Of a stretch of DNA of 64,000 nucleotides, positions 1 through 14,189 are shown in pieces (the first letter of the stretch is position 1; each line of letters starts with the position of its first letter). The stretch is from Eledone cirrhosa. Taxonomy: Eukaryota. The stretch lies in NCBI GenBank assembly GCA_964016885.1, contig OZ024756.1, forward strand, positions 21,142,001 through 21,206,000, written 5' to 3'. The notes beneath the pieces were generated by a model. That model saw nothing but the letters and a program-made list of their open reading frames with translations. It was not told the origin of the DNA and ran no database searches. A program made the translations under genes and the position numbers.

Positions 1-45
1 TGTGTGTGTGGGCGTATATATAAGTACGTATGTATGTATGTATAA

Positions 46-91
<46 letters not shown>

Positions 92-326
92 CCAGGCATG
101 CAGTTCAGTTTTGTTTAATTCAAGACCAGACGATCTCAAGTGACTGAACTGAAACAATTTGTCAGTTAAGTTTAGTTAACAACTGGTGTACCGAACAAAA
201 ACCCATGTTTTCAATGCCTGCCAACTGTGGATGTTTGTATAGAAATTGATTTCTAATTTAGGGGGCACAAGACCAGCAAATGTGGGGGTTCGGGTGGAGG
301 GAATACACATTGGCCCCGATCCTTAA

Positions 327-1446
327 CCCTTTAATGTTCAAACCGGCCAAAACCGGCCAGAATTCTCTACCTCTTTCTGTTGAAACTGGCTGTAACTGGC
401 CACTCATACTGATGTTAAGGTATTGTTCTCAAAATAAATACTTTCAAAATCTCATAGATTCGATATTATGTGAGATAAGTATGTGAGATAAAGCCTTTAC
501 CTTGAAAATATAATATAAAATATAGAGTAATGTGAATGTTATGTAAGGTAAAGCCTTTACCTTGAAAATATAATAGAAAATATAGAGTAATGTGAATGTT
601 ATGTAAGGTAAAGCCTTTACCTTGAAAATATAATAGAAAATATAGAGTAATGTGAATGTTATGTAAGGTAAAGCCTTTACCTTGAAAATATAATAGAAAA
701 TATAGAGTAATGTGAATGTTATGTAAGGTAAAGCCTTTACCTTGAAAATATAATAGAAAATATAGAGTAATGTGAATGTTATGTAAGGTAAAGCCTTTAC
801 CTTGAAAATATAATAGAAAATATAGAGTAATGTGAATGTTATGTAAGGTAAAGCCTTTACCTTGAAAATATAATATAAAATATAGAGTAATGTGAATGTT
901 ATGTAAGGTAAAGCCTTTACCTTGAAAATATAATAGAAAATATAGAGTAATGTGAATGTTATGTAAGGTAAAGCCTTTACCTTGAAAATATAATAGAAAA
1001 TATAGAGTAATGTGAATGTTATGTAAGGTAAATCCTTTACCATGAAAATATAATAGAAAATATAGAGTAATGTGAATGTTATGTAAGGTAAAGCCTTTAC
1101 CTTGAAAATATAATAGAAAATATAGAGTAATGTGAATGTTATGTAAGGTAAAGCCTTTACCTTGAAAATATAATAGAAAATATAGAGTAATGTGAATGTT
1201 ATGTAAGGTAAATCCTTTACCATGAAAATATAATAGAAAATATAGAGTAATGTGAATGTTATGTAAGGTAAATCCTTTACCATGAAAATATAATAGAAAA
1301 TATAGAGTAATGTGAATGTTATGTAAGGTAAAGCCTTTACCTTGAAAATATAATAGAAAATATAGAGTAATGTGAATGTTATGTAAGGTAAAGCCTTTAC
1401 CTTGAAAATATAATAGTAAATATAGAGTAATGTAAATGTTAATGGG
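327..1446. mobile_element. piggyBac-type non-autonomous element (TTAA TSD) carrying an internal 60-bp tandem array
   Basis: TTAA at 323-326 followed by CCCTTTAATGTT, and AATGTTAATGGG followed by TTAA at 1447-1450. CCC...GGG ends with a TTAA duplication are the piggyBac hallmark. Confidence 0.75.
489..1440. repeat. 60-bp tandem repeat, about 16 near-identical copies
   Basis: Successive 60-nt lines are nearly identical (atgtaaggtaaagcctttaccttgaaaatataatagaaaatatagagtaatgtgaatgtt). The unit contains a hairpin AAGGTAAAG/CTTTACCTT. Confidence 0.97.
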
Positions 1447-1542
1447 TTAAAGGATACTTTATTTTGTCGATATCGGAAGGATGAAAGTAAAAGTTGTCCT
1501 CAGTGAGATTTGAACTCTGATATTGCTTCTTGATATATATAT

Positions 1543-1910
1543 GTGTGTGTGAATGTGTGTGGTGTGTGTCTGCATGTATGTGTGTGTTTGTTTGTTTTTA
1601 TGTGTGTGTGTGAGTTTGTGTGTATGAATGTGCGTATATGTTTCTCCGTGTATGTGTGCGTTTGTTTGTTTTTATGTGTGGGTGTGATTTTGTATGTATG
1701 TGTGTGTACGTGTCTCCGTGTATGTGTTTGTTTGTGTGTGTTTGTGTGTATGAATGTGAGTATATGTGTCTCCGGGTGTGTGTGTGTGTGAGTTTGTTTC
1801 TATGTGTGAATGTGTCGGTATGTGTCTGCGTGTATGTGTGTGCATATGTGTGTTTGTGTGTGTGTGTGCATATGTGTTTATGTATGTGCATGTGTCGTAT
1901 GTGCATATGA
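1543..1910. repeat. Degenerate (TG)n microsatellite
   Basis: TG-rich low-complexity sequence. Confidence 0.9.
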
Positions 1911-2008
1911 AAAGTTTAGTCTTCATTTTGATGGAGGAAATTTGGATCAACAAGATAAATATTTATTTCTACATTTGTTAAAGCCAAGCATCATCGGACA
2001 TCATCTTT

Positions 2009-2108
2009 GAAGCCCGATTGATATACTTGTTGTGAAGCCCGATTGATATACTTGTTGTGAAGTACGATTGATATACTTGTTGTGAAGTACGATTGATATA
2101 CTTGTTGT
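2009..2108. repeat. 25-bp tandem repeat, 4 copies
   Basis: gaagcccgattgatatacttgttgt and gaagtacgattgatatacttgttgt repeated. Confidence 0.9.
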
Positions 2109-2147
2109 ACCTGTTAGTAATACTGAATATTTAATATCAAGCTTTAA

Positions 2148-2178
2148 GACTGTTTCATCGTCTTGAAATCTTCAGGTA
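2148..2178 (-). ncRNA. Decayed minimal hammerhead ribozyme motif
   Basis: Minus strand reads CTGAAGA-TTTCAAGACGAT-GAAA-CAGTC. Core boxes are intact; helices I and II are poorly paired. Confidence 0.4.
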
Positions 2179-2199
2179 GAAACTGCATAGCTCAGTGTA

Positions 2200-2640
2200 T
2201 ATTATGACAAGACTGGACCTTTACATTAAATGTGTAATCCATCCAATTGTCTTTCGTTAAGTTCCTTTCTGCTGATATATACTTACAAGTCTTAGGTTGA
2301 TCCTTCTCTACGTTTAATCTATAATCCATCTGATGGTTTTTCGCTCAGTTCCTTTTTAGCTATATTTACTTACAAATCTTGGCTCAATCCTTGTCTATAT
2401 TAAATGTGCAATCCACCCGACGGTCTTCCGCTAACTTCCCTTCAACATATATTTACTTATATGTCTTGGGTCAATCTTTGTCAACGTTAAATGTATATTC
2501 CTTTCTACCTATATTTATTTAGCAGTCTTGGATGAATCCTTGTCAAAGTTTAAAGTGCAATGCCCACGATGGTATTTCGCGAACTTCCTTTCTATCTATA
2601 TTTACTTACAAGTCTTAGGTTGGGCCTTGTCTACGTTAAA
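2200..2640. repeat. Degenerate tandem repeat of about 60-90 bp (about 5-6 units)
   Basis: Recurrent 'tatatttacttacaagtctt(a)gg..atccttgtcta(c)gttaaatgtg' motif. Confidence 0.7.
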
Positions 2641-3578
2641 TTGTTGTTGGCACAAGGCACAAGCGAACGTCCTGACCATTCACCTATGCCGCATCCATAT
2701 ATGCAATATATATATATATATATATAGAGTCTAGCTATTGAGCAGTTAATTTTATTGATTTTTTCAGTTACTTATATTGACTGTTGAATAGCTCTGTTAT
2801 ATTTAACCATTCTGTCGAGAGCTTTATTCGATTTGTGATATTTTGCATTCTCGCAATAATACACAACTGAATCATTCGCTTAATAGAGGTGTTACCGCCC
2901 TTGCTGAATCCCACGAGGGGTCAGTAATAGCCACACTATCTATAGCATCTTGGAGCAAAACCCGTTGATAACACGACTTCCTTGTTCATCATCTCACCAG
3001 AAGCCCAACATTCTTTATATAGGCGGACAGTACCTGATTTGGAGTCGCAGAAACCAATACTGGATTTTACCATCAGTCCAGGGTCCGGGAAAGTATCAAC
3101 ACATATATTTTTATTGTTTGACCCGAATTACTTGGTCGTTTTGTTTTGGCTGTGCGGATGATATGTTTAACCATCATCTCAGTGTGTTTGGCCCTTAACG
3201 TATGTTGTAGCTCTGATTCATATGATTCACCGAGCGCTTGCCACACATATCGGACGTTGATTTTCATTAATTCCTGAGCTGAAAACGATTCTCGCTAATT
3301 TATATTTATATATATTTATATATATATATATAAATGAAAGTATAGAAATTATTGTGAGCATGAAGCCAACAGTATTTCATAATATATAAGTGACTATAAC
3401 GTCAAAATGGAAAAATAATTAACAATAAGATGTGGGAAAATAATTCAAACTCAATTAAATAAAAATCAAGACATAGATTTATCCACAGATTTTGTGAAAT
3501 CCAGGGAAAAATCAATAGAGCCTTAACTGATAAAATAAAGTTTAAATACTCATCATTCAATTTGGAAAAACTACAAAT

Positions 3579-3657
3579 GCTCTATATAGTCTAAAAAGAC
3601 TATTTCACGAAACTTTCAGTGAGGATGGTCACGGCTGGAGTCGTTCATCAGTAGAGC
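3579..3657 (-). ncRNA. Canonical type I hammerhead ribozyme, intact
   Basis: Minus strand: GCTCTA-CTGATGA-ACGA(30 nt)TCGT-GAAA-TAGTCT-TTTT-AGACTA-TA-TAGAGC. Helix I is 6 bp perfect, helix II closes ACGA/TCGT, helix III is ATAGTCT/AGACTAT, and the cleavage triplet is AUA. Confidence 0.9.
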
Positions 3658-4484
3658 TCAAACACGATAATCCTATAACATCCATATATAAACACACACA
3701 CACACACAAAGAAAGCCATGTCATCTATATCTCGAATCTTTGTCGCAACGTGCAGCGACACTCTCTCCGCTTCCAACCTTATCGTTTCGGCCCCAAATTT
3801 CGGGGCGACCTGTTTCCTTTCATCGTCAGTCGTCGTCAAGACCTCAGGTGTCTTTGGTCACTGAACTGCCATTTTCCCTCCCTCCACCACCACCAACACC
3901 ACCACCACCTGCAGAAATGAGAGTGATGGATACCAGGATACCACCGGAAGAAAGATCCCTGTGAGGTAGAGTGACTGAGGTTGCGGTGGTCGTTGGCTGT
4001 TCTCCGCAGCAATTGATTCGCCATTTTGTCCGCGGGGTACAGCTGACACATGGCACCTAGAATAGGGGTGGTGGTGATGTTATTGAGTCTGCTACTCCAT
4101 AACAGCATTTCGCTTACCGATGCTATTTATTTATTCTTTATTCTTATATTTTTTTCGTTTCATTTTTTTTTGGTTTTGTTTAATATGCAAACAAACGCCA
4201 ATGACTTTCTAAATTTCTTCTCGTTTAGCTGTTTAGTTTGTGTAATGTAAATTATTTAGAAGCACTGAGTAAGCTGGGTTATTATCATTAGGTGTTAGCT
4301 ATCAGGTTAACCAGGATCTCTATTAGCTATCAGAATAACTACGACCTGATCACACTACCGCACCCTAGCGGATTCAATTGTGGTTATCCAGTTTAGTTTA
4401 TAAAGATTATTATATTTTTTTAAAATTTATGTGAATGTATTACATGTAGACTGTTCCCTGGAGGCATTTCCTTTAAGCAATATT

Positions 4485-4508
4485 ATTGACACGCACACAC
4501 ACATACAT

Positions 4509-4539
<31 letters not shown>

Positions 4540-4609
4540 CACATAAAGAGAGAGTGATAGAGAGAGAGAGAGAGACAGGGTTAAAGAGCACACTATCCGA
4601 CAAAATATG

Positions 4610-4656
<47 letters not shown>

Positions 4657-4657
4657 G

Positions 4658-4716
<59 letters not shown>

Positions 4717-5069
4717 TTTCAAGCTTATAGGCAATATATAAATATATATATTAAGAAGTGCGCAAACACATATACATGTGTATATATAAAAGTAAGTATG
4801 CTCGTTTGTGTAATAAATATACGTATGCAAGTGCATGTCTGAGTACATGTGTGAGTGTATGTTTTTGTTTATATGTGTGTCTGTGTGTGTGTTTATGTGT
4901 GTATGTGTGTGTGTGTGCTTCTGTGTGTGCTTATGTGAGTGTGTTTATGTGTGTGTCTGTGTTTGTGTATGTATGTGTGTGTCTGTTTGTGTGTGTTTGT
5001 GTATGTATGTGTGTGTTTGTGTATGTATGTGTGTGTGTGTGTGTGTGTATGTCTGTGTGTGTTTGTGTA

Positions 5070-5139
<70 letters not shown>

Positions 5140-5160
5140 TGTGTGTATGCGTGTGCCCAC
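4485..5160. repeat. Compound (CA)n/(TA)n/(GA)n/(TG)n microsatellites
   Basis: Direct inspection. Confidence 0.9.
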
Positions 5161-5279
5161 ATGCAGAGAGTAGAATTTCGTTCTCTACGAACTCTTCTGG
5201 AATGTACTAAATTGGAGCATGTCAATCATGTTATTATTATTATTTTTATTATCACAATGGGTGTAGTACTGTTGAAGAT

Positions 5280-6910
5280 GATGATGATGATGTGGGGGAG
5301 GACGGTGATGAGATGATGATGATGGTGATGGTTATGATGATGGTAGCGATGGCTATAATGATGGTAATCATGGTTATGATGAAGGTAGCGATGGTTATGA
5401 TGATGGTAGTGATGGTTATGATGATGGTAGTGATGGTTATGATGAAGGTAGCGATGGTTATGATGATGGTAGTGATGGTTATGATGATGGTAGTGATGGT
5501 TATGATGATGGTAGCGATGGCTATAATGATGGTAATCATGGTTATGATGAAGGTAGCGATGGTTATGATGATGGTAGTGATGGTTATGATGATGGTAGTG
5601 ATGGTTATGATGATGGTAGCGATGGTTATGATGAAGGTAGCGATGGTTATGATGATGGTAGCGATGGTTATGGTGATGGTAGTGATGGTTAAGATGATGG
5701 GAGTGATTGTTATGATGATGGTAGTGATGGTTATAATGATGGTAGTGATGGTTATGATGATGGTAGTGATGGTTAAGATGATGGTAGTGATGGTTATGAT
5801 GATGGTAGTGATGGTTATGATGATGGTAGTGATGGTTATGATGATGGTAGCGATGGTTATGATGATGGTAGTGATGGTTATAATGATGGTAGTGATGGTT
5901 ATGGTGATGGTAGCGATGGTTATGGTGATGGTAGTGATGGTTATGGTGATGGTAGTGATGGTTATAATGATGGTAGCGATGGTTATGGTGATGGTAGTGC
6001 TGGTTATGGTGATGGTAGTGCTGGTTATGGTGATGGTAGTGATGGTTATGGTGATGGTAGTGATGGTTATATTGATGGTAGTGATGGTTATGATGATGGT
6101 AGTGATGGTTATATTGATGGTAGTGATGGTTATGATGATGGTAGTGATGGTTATATTGATGGTAGTGATGGTTATGGTGATGGTAGTGATGGTTATATTG
6201 ATGGTAGTGATGGTTATGATGATGGTAGTGATGGTTATATTGATGGTAGTGATGGTTATGATGATGGTAGTGATGGTTATATTGATGGTAGTGATGGTTA
6301 TGGTGATGGTAGTGATGGTTATATTGATGGTAGTGATGGTTATGATGATGGTAGTGATGGTTATGGTGATGGTAGTGATGGTTATGGTGATGGTAGTGAT
6401 GGTTATATTGATGGTAGTGATGGTTATGATGATGGTAGTGATGGTTATATTGATGGTAGTGATGGTTATGGTGATGGTAGTGATGGTTATATTGATGGTA
6501 GTGATGGTTATGATGATGGTAGTGATGGTTATGGTGATGGTAGTGATGGTTATGATGATGGTAGTGATGGTTATATTGATGGTAGTGATGGTTATGGTGA
6601 TGGTAGTGATGGTTATATTGATGGTAGTGATGGTTATGATGATGGTAGTGATGGTTATGGTGATGGTAGTGATGGTTATGGTGATGGTAGTGATGGTTAT
6701 ATTGATGGTAGTGATGGTTATGATGATGGTAGTGATGGTTATATTGATGGTAGTGATCGTTATGGTGATGGTAGTGATGGTTATATTGATGGTAGTGATG
6801 GTTATGATGATGGTAGTGATGGTTATGGTGATAGTAGTGATGGTTATGGTGATGGTAGTGATGGTTATATTGATGGTAGTGATGGTTATAATGATGGTAG
6901 CGATGGTTAT
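5280..6910. repeat. 18-bp-unit minisatellite derived from (ATG)n
   Basis: Unit 'atggtagtgatggttatg' with variants. It explains the 546-aa and 564-aa pseudo-ORFs. Confidence 0.95.
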
Positions 6911-7924
6911 ATATGTGTATATATATATATGAATATATATATGCATATATATATATATGTGTATATATATACTTACATATACTTACATATATGTGTGGGT
7001 ATTAGTATATGTAAATAGATATATGCATATATATGTGTGTATATGCATACATATATATATATATATACAGAACCGCACACGCACGCACGCACGCACGCAC
7101 GCACGCATATATATATATAAACCAAGAGAAAGTGTGTGTGAGTGAGAAAGAACAACACAAAGTTTACACTATTCTAGGCTTCACACGCTTTAGTCAATTC
7201 ACCGACGTTGTTTAGAACATTACTGCTATTTTTAGCAAGTCGAGAGACCACATAGTAGTTTCCTTGCGTTAGATTTAATTGACGGCCGACAGTGTAAGGA
7301 TTATCTGTTCTTCTGCATTTCGTATTGGTGGTGTACAACAATAGAGCTGTTGGTACAGATATTTCTCTGTGAAAGGGGTTTTCATTTTAGGGTTGGTTTG
7401 CTGACATCTGGGAATTCTTCCAGGAAAATCCTGAACTAATTGCACTATTCAAGTTAGATTAAAGCTGTGTGAAATATATCCATATACACCAGATCCGAAC
7501 ACAAAGGAACCAAACTCCCACTGTCACTCTCCCGCTCTCCCCATCTCTCACTATTACGAGAAAATGGGGGTTCACTCAGGTATATAGAAATGAGTCTTCG
7601 TGTAGTGCTAGATAGAGAATGTGAAGATTGAAGTTTGCTGTCATAAAACTGTGCCTCTATGTGGCTGATCTACTTGGTAGAAATAGACGCTGAAAACTCC
7701 ATGAAATCATACATTCTGTCTTAAAATAAGGAAAGGTATGTTGTTTTCTGTATTCCAAGATATACTTGGCCTGCTGACGAAGGTGAAGTGATTACGTCTA
7801 GACCATCTATTGTATCTGGACCAGCATGAAACAAAACAAAACAAAACAAAACATAAAGCAAGTTAAGAGGACAAACTCTACGTCAGTCATGGAAAAACTG
7901 CGGCTCGTTTGACTTTCTGAATGG

Positions 7925-9300
7925 TACCACTACTACAGCCACCACCATCACACCACTAGCACCAACACCACCACCACCACCACCACCACCACCACCACCA
8001 CCACCTCTACCACCACCACCACCACCACCATCACACCATTACCAGCACCACTACCACCACCAACACCATCACCACCACCACCAACACCACCACAACCACC
8101 AACACCACTACCGCAATCACACCACTACCACCACCAACGCCAGCACCATCACACCACCACCACCACTAGCACCACCACCACCACCACCACTATCACACCG
8201 CCACCACCAACAACACCATCTCACCATTACCAGCACCACCACGACCACGACCACCACCATCACACCACTACCAGCACAACCACCACCACCACCACCACCT
8301 CCACCAGCACCATTACTACAGCCAACACCATCAAACCACTACCACCAACATCGCTACCACAATCACAACACTACCACCATCAACGCCTCCACCACCACCA
8401 CAACGCCTCCACCACCACCACTACCAAACCACCACCACCACTACGATCAACACCACCACCAACAGCACCACCACCACCACCACCAACAACGCCACCTCTA
8501 CCACCAACACCACCACCACCACCACCACCACTACCACCACTAACACCTCCACCACCGCCACCACCACCAACAACGCCACCTCTACCACCACCACCAACAC
8601 CAACACCACCACCACCACAATCACACCACTACCACCACCAACGCCTCCACCACCACCACCAACAACGCCACCTCTACCACCAACACCACCACCTCTACCA
8701 CCACCAACACCAACACCACCACCACAATCACACCACCACCACCACCACAATCACACCACCACCACCACCACCACCACCACCACCACCACCAACACCACCA
8801 CCACAATCACACCACCACCACCACCACCACCACCACCACCACCACCACCACCACCACCACCAACACCACCACCACAATCACACCACCACCACCACCACCA
8901 ACACCACCACCACCACCACCACCACCACCAACACCACAATCACAATCACACCACCACCACCACCACCACCACCACCACCACCACCAACACCACCACCACA
9001 ATCACACCACCACCACCACCACCACCACCACCACCACCACCACCACCAACACCACCACCACAATCACACCACCACCACCACCACCACCACCACCACCACC
9101 ACCACCACCACCACCACCACCACCACCACCAACACCACCACCACAATCACACCACCACCACCACCACCAACACCACCACCACCACCACCACCACCAACAC
9201 CACCACCACAATCACACCACCACCACCACCACCACCAACACCACCACCACCACCAACGCCTCCACCACCACCACAATCACACCACCACCACCACCAACAA
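7925..9300. repeat. (CCA)n-rich repeat with a higher-order 'acaatcac' punctuation
   Basis: Direct inspection. Confidence 0.95.
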
Positions 9301-9544
9301 CATACATCAGAAATTAACAGTAAATAGAAGACATGTTGATGCAGTTATGTCTAATATATTATGTTTGAATGATTGATGACAATTTAATAATTATATTAGC
9401 TTAATTAATCAACTATGTTAAAGTGATTAAATATGGTGATTTATCAAGTAGGCCTTGTGTTAGGACTGGGGTTAGGTTTCAACAAAACATATACAAAAAC
9501 TAGTCCTTAATAAGGCAACTTGAGTACTTAGATTCCCTCCCCGA

Positions 9545-9858
9545 CATATATACGGATATATATACGGATATATTATATATATATATATGTATGCATATAT
9601 ATATGTATATATATATATATGTATGTATGTATACATATATGTATATATATATATATGTATGTATGTATACATATATATATGTATATATATATACGTATAT
9701 ATATATATATATATATATATATACGTATATATATATATATACATACGCACACGCACATACATATATACATATATGTATGCATATATATATGTTTATATAT
9801 ATATATGTATGTATGTATACATATATATATGTATATATATATATTTATATGTATCTAT

Positions 9859-9899
<41 letters not shown>

Positions 9900-9990
9900 T
9901 ATATAGTTATATGTATATATAAGTATATATATTTATATGTACTTTTCATTTATATATTTATATGTATATATATGTATATAGTTTTATATA

Positions 9991-10033
<43 letters not shown>

Positions 10034-10131
10034 GTATGTATATATGTCAGTAAACACAGATACTTCCTTATACATGTACAGACCAATACATATGCGCATT
10101 AATAAAACTATACGTTTACATCCATGCCTAC

Positions 10132-10194
<63 letters not shown>

Positions 10195-10195
10195 G
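9545..10195. repeat. (TA)n/(TATG)n microsatellite
   Basis: Direct inspection. Confidence 0.95.
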
Positions 10196-10378
10196 TAAAC
10201 GAGATATCGTTTAAGGTATTTAAAATCGAATTTCGCAATAACCAATGAACTATTGACCATAGTGATTTCAAGAATTAATTGCAAATTAAGCGATGAAACA
10301 TATGTTAATGCTTGGAATAAAACCCTATTATATCGCTTATCCTTATTAATCATCCTTTACCTGTTATATATATAGTTT

Positions 10379-10445
10379 CAGAAGATCCCGTTAAGGGTGA
10401 AAGCACCGATTCCTTGCTTAAACTTTAATCTGTTATTTTAATAAA
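10379..10445 (+). mobile_element. Penelope-like 3' remnant with decayed HHR
   Basis: CAGAAGA-T-CCC-GTTAA-GGG-T-GAAA (core has one mutation). The tail 'ttgcttaaactttaatctgttattttaataaata' recurs at 41045-41078. Confidence 0.5.
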
Positions 10446-10531
10446 TATTTGCTCTACGGTTCTTATATATTTGATATATATTTGTCCTTATCGAGCCCTC
10501 TTTGGATTTTAGTCTTCAAATTTATTATTAT

Positions 10532-10581
<50 letters not shown>

Positions 10582-10601
10582 CGGTGAGTAAGTATTAAGA
10601 G

Positions 10602-10862
10602 AGCTGGATAGCAGAGGTTCTTCAGAGAAGAAACTACTCTGATGCAAGTGTTTCCAACCTTTACCTTCTTACACAATAAGGGGACCGGGCTGTATACATG
10701 TCAAGACTCCTGGATGCCCGGGTGTAATAGGCCCTGTTTGCACGCAACCGTTGAACAATATGGGTAGTAAGCAACTCTCATGACAGCTGGATAGAGAAGA
10801 AACCCCCACTTCATGAAAGTGTTCCGGCCCTTAACTTCTTATAGAGTAAGGGGACCAGGCCA
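10602..10862. repeat. Diverged direct duplication, period about 180 bp
   Basis: 'gctggatag..agagaagaaac..gtgtt..cc..tt.accttctta...taaggggacc.ggc' occurs at 10602-10692 and 10786-10861. Confidence 0.6.
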
Positions 10863-11184
10863 CCACCAGTTCATTACTCCTGGGTACCTTTCTGCTGAAA
10901 TTTAGCCACTTGGATATCGGAGACTTGTGTATTTAAACCGTATGGAGGTTTTCTTGAGAAGGCCTAGCTTAAACGTGTTCCCAGGTTTAATCCGATTTCA
11001 CAGCAACATGATCAAGAGGCTTCTTCTATAGCCGCGAGTTGACCAATACTTTGTGAGCGGAATTTAGTAGAAAGAAACTTCACTGAAGCGCGATCGTACA
11101 CACATACACACACACACATATGTATGTATATGTGTGTGTATAAATATATTTATATAGTTAAACATACAATATACTCTATATACA

Positions 11185-11215
<31 letters not shown>

Positions 11216-11264
11216 GCGTGTACCCTACTCTCTAACGACTCAACCAATTCACGTTACAGCCGTA

Positions 11265-11730
<466 letters not shown>

Positions 11731-11732
11731 TG

Positions 11733-12335
11733 TGTCAGGTCACCAGTTGGTGCTACTGGTAACATGTATCCCAGTACAACCTGTCTCATGGTCGGGTCGT
11801 TGGCGACTAAACTGGCAACCCCACCAAGATTTCTTGGTGAGGAGGGTGACTTTGGACACCCTGCAGGACTAAAATCAAAACCTGTCAAAGGGCAAAGGAA
11901 CTCCTGGGAGCTCTTAAGAGCTCTTGGAGTCAATGGCCATCCAAAACCAGCACGGCCCGCCGAAAGGCGCTGCAGTGCTGGAAAAGTCAACTTCCTGCTA
12001 CTAGTATGCTGCTAAGCTAGTACAACGTATCTCCAGACGGATAGAGTGGGTCCGTAGCTTTGGTTAGCGACTACTCTAGTGCTTGCAACACGAACAATTT
12101 GGGCGAGGGTATAAATGCCAGGTTGGTATCTGGCGCCGGGTAACCCACCACACGGAGGAGAAAGCACCTTCTTCAAGACTTGGCTGTCAAATTCTTTCAC
12201 GTGTGTGTAGTAATGGCGCCCACACACATTATTAGCTATTTGAAAAGATGATGGATTTCGCAACTAACTGCACCGGGGTTCCTGAATTCTCGGGCATGAG
12301 AGTGAGATCCGTCATCTCGACAGTAGTCGACGAAT
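11733..12335 (+). mobile_element. Non-autonomous RTE-derived retroelement (about 600 bp)
   Basis: The first ~210 bp match 43265-43474 in reverse orientation. It is flanked by (TA)n on both sides and ends in a short stem-loop (tcgacagtagtcga). Confidence 0.55.
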
Positions 12336-12609
12336 GTATATATATATATATATAATGTATACACACTTCAACAGCAGATAACTCGAATGTGTATGCATGT
12401 TTTTTGCACACCATGTATATATGCAACATACACACATATATATATCGATGCGTGTATGTATGTATGTATATATATATATATATATGAATGTGTATAAATG
12501 TGTTTCTTTTACACCTGACATCGGTCTAATTACCCCCACAACAATGCAGGAGATCAACTTACTTAACTTACTTAGTTGACTGACTAAACTCACTGAATGT
12601 CGACCACAA

Positions 12610-12639
12610 TATGTATGTATGTATGTATATATATATATG

Positions 12640-12705
<66 letters not shown>

Positions 12706-12911
12706 CTTATATATATAACACATATATATATACATCCATACACACACACACAACTAAATACATATATACATACATACATATATATTTATATTATAAATAT
12801 AGATATATATATATATATCATACACACACACAAATATATATGTATATATGTTTATATATATATATATATATACATACACATGATATACATATATATAATA
12901 TTTATAATATC

Positions 12912-13005
<94 letters not shown>

Positions 13006-13109
13006 TATGTATATGTATATAAATATATATGTATATAAATAAACATATATATATATATATATATATACATATATATGTATATGTATATAAATATATATGT
13101 ATATAAATA

Positions 13110-13172
<63 letters not shown>

Positions 13173-13193
13173 ATGTAAATATATATGTATATT

Positions 13194-13225
<32 letters not shown>

Positions 13226-13230
13226 CATAA
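12610..13230. repeat. (TA)n/(CA)n microsatellite
   Basis: Direct inspection. Confidence 0.95.
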
Positions 13231-13679
13231 TTGTTTGAGAGCCACACGAGTTCAGACTAAATGTAAAGGCACGAAGGAACCCACCCCCACCTACCCCCAC
13301 GAAAATAAGCGAAGAACAAAAAAAAAACAACAAAGCAAAACAATATGTCGTCTGATCAAAGAAAGAATTACCGAACAGCCTAGGTAGCAAAAAACGTAAG
13401 ACCCTAATAACAAACAACAATAATAACAAAGATAAGCCACCATCACACCGAAAAAGCATGGCTGACGTTTATAGCTACTTATTTACAACACTTTAACATT
13501 CTCTCCACCTCATACAAAACATTTAGTCTAGTCTCTTTACCAGTAATTATTCTTATTCATCATCATCATCATTATCATCATCATCATCATTATCTTCATC
13601 ATCATCATCATCATCACCACCACATCATCTGCCGTTGCAACATTGGTATTAAAATGTTAAAAACATTAATAAAGTAAAT

Positions 13680-14157
13680 TCTTCTTCTTCTTCTTCTTCT
13701 TCCCCTCTTCTTCTTCTTCGCCTTTCTTCTTCTTCTTCTTCTCCTTCTTCTTCTTCTTCTTCGCCTTTCTTCTTCTTCTTCTTCGCCTTTCTTCTTCTTC
13801 TTCTTCTTCTTCTTCGCCTTTCTTCTTCTTCTTCTTCGCCTTTCTTCTTCTTCTTCTTCGCCTTTCTTCTTCTTCTTCTTCGCCTTTCTTCTTCTTCTTC
13901 TTCTTCTTCTTCTTCTTCTTCTTCTTCGCCTTTCTTCTTCTTCTTCTTCTTCTTCTTCGCCTTTCTTCTTCTTCTTCTTCTTCTTCTTCTTCTTCTTCTT
14001 CTTCGCCTTTCTTCTTCTTCTTCTTCTTCTTCTTCTTCTTCTTCGCCTTCTTCGCCTTTCTTCTTCTTCTTCTTCTTCTTCTTCTTCTTCGCCTTTCTTC
14101 TTCTTCTTCGCCTTTCTTCTTCTTCGCCTTTCTTCTTCTTCTTCTTCTTCTTCTTCT
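13680..14157. repeat. (CTT)n array punctuated by CGCCTT
   Basis: Direct inspection; source of the poly-K/R/E ORF. Confidence 0.97.
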
Positions 14158-14189
14158 GTTGACAGATAGGTATGGGCGCCAGACAGAAA

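Larger units (their letters stand above)
245..1518 (-). mobile_element. Decayed tRNA-SINE (family A) split in two (about 245-322 and 1451-1518) by a piggyBac-like MITE
   Basis: Left piece has 'tttctaatttagggggcacaagaccagcaaa' and right piece 'tactttattttgtcgatatcggaaggatgaaagtaaaagttgtcctcagtgagatttgaactc'. These are consecutive parts of the SINE seen intact at 37556-37775. Confidence 0.7.

Noticed and set aside
444-1283. 279-aa ORF with a 20-aa repeat
   Set aside because: It is the translation of the 60-bp tandem repeat inside a MITE and has no unique coding sequence.
481-1440. Possible CRISPR array
   Set aside because: The units are near-identical along their whole length with no unique spacers, there are no cas genes, and the context is eukaryotic.
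5252-6946. 546-aa and 564-aa Met/Val- or Ile/Thr-rich ORFs
   Set aside because: They are stop-free frames of an ATG-derived minisatellite.
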